Part shown: positions 55,194 to 64,000 of the stretch, piece by piece
How positions within the stretch are numbered: position 1 is the stretch's first letter
Layout of the letters: the number at the start of each line of letters is the position of its first letter
From: Rebecca billardiae RCC1528
Taxonomy: Eukaryota > Protista > Haptophyta
DNA length: 64,000 nucleotides
NCBI GenBank assembly: GCA_965240325.2
Contig: OZ251226.1
Location: 3,286,001-3,350,000, forward strand
Direction: 5' to 3'
Notes under the pieces: generated by a model
Told to the model about the DNA's origin: nothing
Seen by the model: the letters and a program-made list of their open reading frames with translations, nothing else
Databases searched by the model: none
Position numbers and translations under genes: made by a program

Positions 55194-58100
55194 GGGGAAA
55201 GTACCGTTGGTGGCACTTCGCCGAAAAATTGGTATTACCGTTGGTGGCGGGTACCGTTGGTGGCACTCCAGCCCAAATTTGGGCCCGTTGGTGGCAGTTG
55301 GCCGTGCGGCCGAAAACTTTCGCGCCTTCGCCGCGGGCGAGAAGGCCGGCGAGCAGGCCGGCACGCTGCGTTGGACGTGCGCGGCTCGCGCGCACGCGCG
55401 AGTGCAGGCCGTGTGTCAGTGGGCGCAGACTCAGCACGGCCGTGCGCGCCATGTCGCGACTCGCGTGCCGCCGCCGTGCATGGCGCTCGCACAGCGCCAC
55501 CATCGCGCCGTCACATGCGAAAGCAGGGCGGCGGCGCGGCGCGGTGGTGGCGCGCGCCGGGTTGCGCGCACCGCCCCGTGGCAGTGTACGCGGTGGGTGG
55601 CGACGCGCGTGGCCCTTGCGAGGCGCGCAGCCGCGCGCTCCGTGAACGCGCCGCAATTGCGCGCGCGCACGGCCGTGCTGCGGCGCTGCGGCCCCACAGG
55701 GCTGTGCGCATTGCGTAATGGTGGCGGTGATGCGCGGCTCGGCGGGCGACAGCGCGCGTGGCCCGCGCGGGGCGCGCAGCCGTGCGCCCCGTGGACGCGC
55801 CGCCGTCGCGCGGCGGGCGCGCGGCCGCGCCGCGGCGCGTGCTCGCAATGGTGGGCCGGCCACGCACGCGCGTGTGCGTGCGTCGCGCATCAGCGCCAGA
55901 GCGCGCCGCCGGCGCGCGCAGGGCTGCGCGCACCACGTCAAGTGGTGCCCGCATGGCGGTGGTGATGCGCGGCGCGGCGGGAGACAGCGCGCGTGGCCCG
56001 TGTGAGGCGCGCAGCTGCACGTCCTGCAGAAGCGCCGCCATTGTGTGGGGCGCGCGCGGCCGCGCCGCGGTGCGCACTCCGCCCAACGCGGTGCGCGCAG
56101 CCCGGCCCGCACTGGCGCCGCGGCGCGGCCGTGCGCGCGCCGTGCGATGGCGATGCGCACGCGCAATGGCGGTGCTTCCGCTGGGCGCGCGGCTGCGCGT
56201 GGCTGCGAGCCGCGCGCGGGCCACGCGCGCTGTCGCCCACCGCACCGCGCATCACCACCGCCACGCGGGCACCACTTGACGCGGTGCGCGCACCCCTGTG
56301 CGCGCCGGCGCGAGCGCACCACAATTGCATGCGGTTAGTGCGGGCCGGGCTGCGCGCACCGCGCTGGGCGGTTCCCGTCTCTTGGACGTAGTGCGTGGCG
56401 ACAGCGCGCGTGGCCCCGCGGGGTGCGCAGCTGCGCGCCTCGCTGACGCGCTGCTATTGGCTGTGCGCGGCCGCAACGTAGTGGCGCCGGCTCGCGCTGA
56501 TGGCCTGCGCACACCACGCGGTGTGCCGGCGCCTGTGCCGACGCCTCCGCCACCGGTGCCGCTGCGCTCCGCGCAGCTGCTGCCACCATCAGCTCAATCC
56601 ACCACATCCGCCACCGCCACCGCCGTCGTTGCAGCCGCCCCCGCCGCCCCCGCCTCCGCCGCCTCGCTGCGAGCCGCAGCTGCTGCCACCCTGACTCACC
56701 TGAGCTCCACCACCGCCGCAGCCGGTGCCCCGGTGCCGCCGCAGCCACCCGCCGCGCAGCGGCTGCCACTTTCAGCCTCAGCCACCGCCTTAGCCGGTGC
56801 AGCCGCCGCCGCCACCGCCGCCGTCACCCCCGCCCCCGTCCCCGCCGAGCGGCGCCGAGCGGCTGCTGCTGCCATCCTGAGCGCCGCCACCGCCGCCAAT
56901 GGTGCCGCAGGTGCCGCCGTCGCCACGCGCAGCGCAGCGGCTGCCACCCTCAGCCACCACCTCAGCCGGTGCCGACGCCACCGCCACTACCGCCGCGCCG
57001 CTGCAGTCAGTGCCGCTGCCGCCGCGTGCTGCGAGGCAGCCCCCGTCCTCAACCTCCGTCACAGCAGCAGCAGCCACTTCAGCTGTGCCGACGCCGCCGC
57101 CGCCGTTGCACGCAGCACTGCTGCCACCACAACTGCAGCTTGCAGCACCTGCTGATGGCTGCTCTGCAGGTCCAGCTGGCACGACTGCAGGCCGTTCAGC
57201 AGCAAATCGCTTAGACTCGGGGTCGCTGCTGTCCAGGTTCTTCATCAGGCTGCTGGTGCTGTTGCCCACTGATGAGTCGTGGATGGTGATATACACCAGA
57301 GGCCCATTTTGACCACATGCTCACCGCTGCTGGTGCGCAATCGCCATCGTCTGAGTACAGTGCCCTCAACAATTGATTAACCTTATTGTGTTTGACTGTT
57401 TATAATACCATCAGCTCTATCACTGCTTGAGGCCCACTGCTGCATGCTATCTGTCACTGCGCGTATAGCCCTTACAGACCAGGTGGGTATATGAGCTGCA
57501 TGGGCGGGTGATGTGTGGGCTGAGTCAGTCAGTAGAGAAATTGAGTAGTGCTCAATTAGTGCACAACCTGCTGACAGTGGGCAGGTGCTGTGAGGGGGCG
57601 CTGTACCACCACGATGGCAGGCAGGGATGGAAATAATCCACCCGGGCCCTGGCGCTGTGACAGCTGCATGGCCTTTGATACTGCCTAGCAGCCAGCCTAG
57701 CACTACAGCCTAGGGCCTGAGCAGTGCTACTTCAGTGCGCAGGCCACTTCTCTGCAGGGGTTGGTGGGGCGGAATGGCCCGGCCACAGTGCACTAGCAGA
57801 TGCACCTAGCCTGCCAGTGGCCCACCTGCTGATTGTTGTGTATGCCCTGTCGCACAGCACATAAGGCTCAGACGAAAATCAGCGGCGCACTGTGCTACTG
57901 TACACTCTGGGCTGAAAGAGGTGTGGGAGCCAACGGTCACGTCCGAGCTGGCCGGCTTCACATGCTGCCCAGAGGAGTCCTCCAATAGTCATCAACCCGG
58001 CTGACGTCATGATGCGTGGGTGGCTGGGTGCAGCTCGACCGATTGGAGAGTGCCTTAGCCGCAGGTGTCCGTCATAAGCACCTGCCGCTTTGCTTTTCTC

Positions 58101-59805
58101 CCCAGCGGAACCGCGAGCCGACCGAAGGGACGACCAGTCGTGCCGCTGCGCTGCGCTGCCGCAACCCGCCACCCGGCAGCCGCCGCGCGGACGTGAGTCC
58201 CGGTCAGGGAAAAAATGCCGGATAAAAAAAGCGCACGCGTCTGAACTGGTAGTTGTTTGGAGATGGCGACTGGTCGTCCCTTCGGTCGGCTCGCCACGAG
58301 GTGCACACCACCCTCGCGCCGGCGACGCTCGCGCGCGAGGGGAGTGCGCGCGGGGCTAGCGCGGGGCGGGGGGCGGGGCTACTCGACCCCGGCGACGCCT
58401 CCAACCCACTCGTGGCGCGCGCCCGCCCCCCGCCGCCGCTCGCCAAGTCGCCAAACTTAGGCTCCAACAGGGGCCAAAAAGCGGCAGGTGCTTATGCAAG
58501 CCTAGGCAGCCAGGAGTAGGTGTAGTGATGTGCAGGTGTGCTCTCAAGAGGGTAATCAATTGTTGAGAGGACTGTAGGTGCTCTTGCGGTAGCACATTGC
58601 GGGGATGGAAGGCAGCAAACGTGCGTTCATCAGCGGTGGGAAATGCAGTCAGCAGCTGCTGCCCCACATATGCTGCTCCAAATGGGCTCTCTGGCTCAGC
58701 GCAGCTGAGCGCCAGGCTCCACCACTCCATGCTGCCAGCTGCACTGCACTGCAGTCCGAGCCAACATGAGGCTTGCACAGCTGGTCGTCGTTCCTGTGGC
58801 CCACTCAAAAGTGTTCCCGCTTGAGACGCTTGCTCAGCTCTGCAGGAAGTGCACCACCCCTCACAAGCGACCGCTTAACTGCGTGCACCAACGCCCGCAG
58901 CTGAGCCCACACTACCTTCAGGGCTGACTTGGCCTTGGCTGATGGCACAAGCACACAGTGCTGCTTCTGCACTTGATTGAATGCCCTTGCAGCCTCCTGT
59001 TGCACAACATCGACGCCATCTGCTCTGCAGGCGAGCTCCACTGAAGTCAACGAGTCCACAGCAGAGTAGCCAACAGCCTTGAAGTGGGGCCCGCCTGCCT
59101 GCGTCCTCACAAACTATAGTGCCACCTCAGACTCACCAGCTGCACCAAATGAGAATGCATGCATGGCTTGTCTACATTTCCCTGCCTCAGTCCCATGCGA
59201 TTGCGGCGCGTCCACGGGGCGCACGGCTGCGCGCCCCGCGCGGGCCACGCGCGCTGTCGCCCGCCGAGCCGCGCATCACCGCCACCATTACGCAATGCGC
59301 ACAGCCCTGTGGGGCCTCAGCGCCGCAGCACGGCCGTGCGCGCGCGCAATTGCGGCGCGTTCACGGAGCGCGCGGCTGCGCGCCTCGCAAGGGCCACGCG
59401 CGTCGCCACCCACCGCGTACACTGCCACGGGGCGGTGCGCGCAACCCGGCGCGCGCCACCACCGCGCCGCGCCGCCGCCCTGCTTTCGCATGTGACGGCG
59501 CGATGGTGGCGCTGTGCGAGCGCCATGCACGGCGGCGGCACGCGACATGGCGCGCACGGCCGTGCTGAGTCTGCGCCCACTGACACACGGCCTGCACTCG
59601 CGCATGCGCGCGAGCCGCGCACGTCCAACGCAGCGTGCCGGCCTGCTCGCCGGCCTTCTCGCCCGCGGCGAAGGCGCGAAAGTTTTCGGCCGCACGGCCG
59701 ACTGCCACCAACGGGCCCAAATTTGGGCTGGAGTGCCACCAACGGTACCCGCCACCAACGGTAATACCAATTTTTCGGCGAAGTGCCACCAACGGTACTT
59801 TTCCC
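55194..59805. mobile_element. Large fold-back TIR element, MULE-like, non-autonomous or decayed
   Basis: ~610-bp inverted arms (55194-55803 and ~59202-59805) starting GGG(G/A)AAAGTACC, each with four CCGTTGGTGGC repeats; no TSD seen. Confidence 0.75.
58073..58496. mobile_element. Nested MITE-like element
   Basis: 19-bp TIR CATAAGCACCTGCCGCTTT; internal 27-bp inverted repeat (~58114 and ~58267); CpG-rich among CpG-poor flanks; no TSD seen. Confidence 0.55.
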
Positions 59806-60459
59806 TAGTAAAATGTAGAGTGGTATCCACTATCCAGTAGCCCGGGGTTTGATGATGGTCCTTTGATTACAACAAGGGGGTTCACATCAAGTTTGATATG
59901 AAGTTACCAGTTTACTAAGAATAAGAGACGCACACAGCTCAGGCAGGCGAGAAATACAGTTTACTAAGAATAAGAGACGCACACAGCTCAGGCAGGCGAG
60001 ATTGACGCCCGCCAACTGTCACCGCCCATATGAAGCCGTCGACTATCTCCCGCTGGCGAGCGGAGCCCAGGACGCGCTCGGCGCGTCCTGGGCCAAGCCC
60101 AGGACGCCAGTGGGCGGCCGAAGCCCAGGACGGGCTCGATTTCGGTTGAGTGGCCTCAGGCAGCATTTACCGTGTGCGTATTCGTCGGATTTACGACCGT
60201 TGTCTAGTAGGCACGGTATCATATTGAAGTACTCGACACACCCGATTATGTGAGATAGATCGTCACAGATATTGGATGGGAGAAAAGTACGACTGTCGTA
60301 TGGGTATACAACATGGGTCGCAACAGCGTGTGCACTATGTGCTCACCGGTCGTCCATCGGTCGTAAGAAATATCTCGAATTGTTCGTATTATCTGGTCCT
60401 ATCACAGCCAATCTTGAACGAAATGAGAATTTCTCAAATTCTCAAAAGTTCGTAGCCTA

Positions 60460-61093
60460 AAGAGGGGTCAAGTTTGAAGTTACAGTTTACTAAGAATAAG
60501 AGACGCACACAGCTCAGGCAGGCGAGATTACAGTTTACTATAAGAATAAGAGACGCACACAGCTCAGGCAGGCGAGATTGACGCGACGCCAACTGTCACC
60601 GCCCATATGAAGCCGTCGCCGATGGTTATGGTAGCGCCGCCGGAAAAATTCGTTCAGCCGTCCGCCTGCGAGGCCTGGATGAGGGCTGCGGCCGCCTCGC
60701 GGCGCGCCAGCGCCCGTCATCCTCGCCCCACCGTCGTCCACAAAACGTCGTCGTCCGAACTCGCCGACTGGGCGCCGATGCGACAGCGCGCCGACAGGAT
60801 GAGGATGTAGTAGGGAATGTAGAGCCCCACTGTCGGTTGGGGAAGGTGTGTATCAAGCGGCATGACTGGGGTAGCTTATCACACAGAAGGCCTGGCCCTC
60901 AGGTGATATGTGCCCCAGTGTGGCGTGTCGGCCTCAAAGCCGGCGGCAGGGTTCTGTTGCCCGGAGCAGGGTTTGCTGGCGCATCAGCTGCGTGGGCCGG
61001 GGCGTCCGGCTGTTTGCGTTTGCGGGCCGGGGCCGGCACTGATGCCACCCCGCCGCGCATGCTGGCCTGCATGTATGGCTGCTGCCCAAGGTC
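60460..61093. mobile_element. Truncated copy of an element end: two 45-bp units plus ~510 bp shared with 62993-63546; a shorter copy at 59873-60040
   Basis: Near-identical direct repeat by eye; preceded by (C)AAG.GGGGTCAAGTTTGAAGTTAC. Confidence 0.8.
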
Positions 61094-61184
61094 AGAGTAC
61101 AGTACAATATTTATTATTGAGTAATACAACAGCGGCGCCGCCCTTGGTTCAAGCAAGCAAGGGCCGTAAGCAATAAGGTCATTT

Positions 61185-61218
61185 GGTTCAACAAGGGGAG
61201 GACTCCCCTTGGGTTCAA
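61185..61218. mobile_element. 20-bp P-like mini-element or excision footprint between 7-bp direct repeats
   Basis: GGTTCAA-CAAGGGGAG-GA-CTCCCCTTG-GGTTCAA. Confidence 0.6.
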
Positions 61219-61419
61219 GGGGAGTCCGCTCACGCCCTGCGCGTCGTGCTTCCAGCGCGACCGCGATGAGCCAATAACTGCCGCGCGCCCTCACTCACGG
61301 AGTGTCCGAGTGACACGCCACACGGCCGGGCCCCACGCGCAGGCTCACACGTGAGTACTCATCGTATCAGAGCTGAGAGCAGCAACGCCCGGTCAGCGTA
61401 TATAACTATATGAGCCGAC

Positions 61420-61701
61420 GTCAGTTGCATTGCCGCTTTGGATAGTGTGGTCAGTTGTATTGCCAAAAGCACGTTATGACTACCGCCGTGGTCAGTTGTA
61501 TTGCCGTTTTCAGTAGTATGGGTCAAGATGAATATTGCCGCTTTTGGATAGTGTGTCAACAATATTGCCCCTCAAATACTGGTTTCAAACCAATGACCCT
61601 TTCACACTACTTGGTTCGAGAATATTGCCGTTTTCGAGCTTGAACATAGTCTGCTCAGAAATATTGCCCTTTCCATAACTATGTGTCAGTTGTATTGCCG
61701 C
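61420..61701 (+). repeat. About 8 spaced copies of a (T)ATTGCC core (GTCAGTTGTATTGCCG / AATATTGCC); subterminal-repeat-like array
   Basis: Read directly; AT-rich. Confidence 0.75.
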
Positions 61702-62089
61702 CAGCAGCTGGTGGCTGGGGCACGACTCGCACTCAGACAAGAGACTCGCGCAGCCCGTGTGCGCGTGCGTGCAGAGCTGCGACTGCCTGCGCGCGGCATG
61801 CAGGATACGCAACTGCAACCAACCGACATGCCATCATCATGCGGCCTGCGTAGCTCATCTTGACTTCCAGTAGCAGTCGGCGCTTCCCGTCGCCGTCGCG
61901 CTTGCCGCCCGCCGGCGGCCGGCCGCCAGCGCCATCGGGACTGCTGCTACTTCAGCGGCCACGTGAGCCGCATCGCGTCCCATGCCGCTGCACGCGCCGC
62001 CTCAAGCTGCGACCGCGCTCGCCAAGCCTGCCACTCGGGTTCCAGCAGCAGCAGGAAGCGTCGCCTGCCCCTCCTGCTTGCTGGCTCGT

Positions 62090-62761
62090 CGAGGCGCGCG
62101 CGGCGCACCGCCCGCCAGTCGGTGCGTTGTGTCCCAGCTGGCAGTACGCCTTGGACTTCCTCCTCCACGGGCCAATCAGCCTGCGTTGACGAGTGCGACT
62201 GGCGCACGGTCAGCCACCTGCACACGGTTGGCCATAGGGCAGTCTGCTGTTGGAGTGATGACAATCGCAAAAAGGCACGCGCCAGCAGTGTTGCACGAGC
62301 GAGAGCGACGCGCGTTGGTTGATCGCCACGGTGTGAATGACAGTCGATGGCAGGCAGTGAGGGGGACGCGCGTCGCGTTGGTCAAGCTCCTTGAGGCCGT
62401 TGAAGAGCACACGCCCGTCATGCACGTTCGAATCCCGCGAATCGGGGCGCAGCAACACACGCTCACCCTGCTTCACGCGTGCACCTGCATGCGCTGCCGT
62501 CGCAATGTCATCGACTGCGCGCTTGACGGTCCCGGAGTCGAAGTGAGCACGGAGCAACGCCGATTCGATAGAAGTCGCGACGGATTCTCGCCCGTCTCCG
62601 CGTAGACGGCGAGTAGCCCGAGGTGCACGCGCGTGTTGCACTGCGCGCGCATGCGGCAGCGTTTGTGCAGATTCCGGTCCACGGTTCAGCTCGTCGTTCG
62701 ACTTGATGATGTCGAGGAACACGGCGCTACCCCGGCAGAGATCGTCGTCGTTGAACGTCAC
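62090..62761 (-). pseudogene. Possible decayed MULE transposase C-terminus
   Basis: Motifs in the expected order across frameshifts: ATSIES, CDC...GQPC (SWIM-like), RRKSKAYCQLGHNAPT (knuckle-like). Confidence 0.35.
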
Positions 62762-62898
62762 TCTTCTGGCCTGGGATCAGCTAGGCCTGCTCAAGGGCAC
62801 GCCGCGCACGCCGGCGGCGCGTGGGCGCAAGCGCCATCATCAGCGCGTGGGCGATCGCGGCAACAAACCTGAATCAAAGATGCGCAAACGGCAATCAA

Positions 62899-64000
62899 TA
62901 CTCGCCTGCCTGAGCTGTGTGCGTCTCTTATTCTTAGTAAACTGTAATCTCGCCTGCCTGAGCTGTGTGCGTCTCTTATTCTTAGTAAACTGTACAGTTT
63001 ACTAAGAATAAGAGACGCACACAGCTCAGGCAGGCGAGATTGACGCCCGCCAACTGTCACCGCCCATGAAGCCGTCGCCGATGGTAGCGCCGCCGGAAAA
63101 ATTCGTTCAGCCGTCCGCCTGCGAGGCCTGGATGAGGGCTGCGGCCGCCTCGCGGCGCGCCAGCGCCCGTCGTCCTCGCCCCACCGTCGTCCACAAAACG
63201 TCGTCGTCCGAACTCGCCGACTGGGCGCCGATGCGACAGCGCGCCGACAGAATGAGGATGTAGTAGGGAATGTAGAGCCCCACTGTCGGTTGGGGAAGGT
63301 GTGTATCAAGCGGCATGACTGGGGTAGCTCATCACACAGAAGGCCTGGCCCTCAGGTGATATGTGCCCCAGTGTGGCGAGTCGGCCTCAAAGCCGGCGGC
63401 AGGGTTCTGTGGCCCGGAGCAGGGTTTGCTGGCGCATCAGCTGTGTGGGCCGGGGCGTCCGGCTGTTTGCGTTTGCGGGCCGGGGCCGGCACTGATGCCA
63501 CCCCACCGCTCATGCTGGCCTGCATGTATGGCTGCTGCCCAAGGTCAGCCCCTGCTGGCTTCTCCCGGGCAGGCTGTGTCGGCGCGCCGGGTGCGCGCGA
63601 AGCGTCGTTGTGCTGGTGTGGAGCTGCAGTCATGCCTGCGCCGCGCGTGCGGCTCTGGCACAGCCTGGCAGACTTGCGTAGGGGCGGGGCGTCCGGCCCC
63701 GCAGGCGTCGGGGGTCTGGGCTGGTCAGGAGAGGGGGCGCCAGGCCAGAGAGGCTGCTTCAGGGTATCGGAATCCGGGCGGCTCCGTTTGGCCGGCGGGC
63801 CACGCCCCACCGCAGGGGGGTCGCCACGCGGCGCGACGGGTGGTGCTTGAGCGCCGGCGCTGCTGCTGGCACCTCCTTGGCTACACCCCCGGGGGTGTCC
63901 AAGCGGGGGGGCGAGTGCCACCGGTGACTGGGGGCTGCCTGTGCAGGCCCTGTGCATAGGGCGCTTACCGGTGCCTGCAGCGGTGCTGGGCGGAGGCAGC
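62899..64000. mobile_element. Element end with two inverted and one forward 45-bp units forming a palindrome; continues off the window
   Basis: Perfect palindrome centred on TGT|ACA at 62993/62994; downstream sequence matches 60530-61093. Confidence 0.75.

Noticed and set aside
62946-63041. Protelomerase (telRL-like) site
   Set aside because: No protelomerase or tyrosine recombinase in the window; the palindrome is explained by fused TE-end repeats

Overview
Very GC- and CpG-rich eukaryotic DNA with short GT-AG introns. The style fits a haptophyte alga such as Pavlovales (inference; not verifiable here). Bases 1-54.6 kb hold about 21 protein genes, many in tight head-to-head pairs: rhodanese-methyltransferase, MRH-lectin/GH47 mannosidase, SUMO protease, two PhyH-type dioxygenases, RING-PHD/ePHD, MSS51-like, TAP-like hydrolase, carnosine-synthase-like ATP-grasp, PGI-like, RNFT-like RING, Ham1-like/xanthine PRTase, RBR-like zinc-finger protein, amine oxidase, KCNH-like sensor, GT25 and renalase. 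The ORF track misses an intronic cluster of two C/D and one H/ACA snoRNAs at 23.4-23.75 kb. The most striking system is a set of P-superfamily-like (CAAGGG...CCCTTG, 7-bp TSD) ~1.1-kb fold-back elements. They sit in divergent promoters, stack at the same target duplication and leave a 20-bp footprint, and one carries a nested CCCTA (CMC/EnSpm-like) element with gene fragments. Also present: an intact TRIM-like LTR element, a probable solo LTR in (TA)n, and a TE-dense zone from 55 kb to the end (MULE-like fold-back element, 45-bp terminal repeats, a ~94-bp palindrome). All family assignments come from motifs read by eye; no searches were run.
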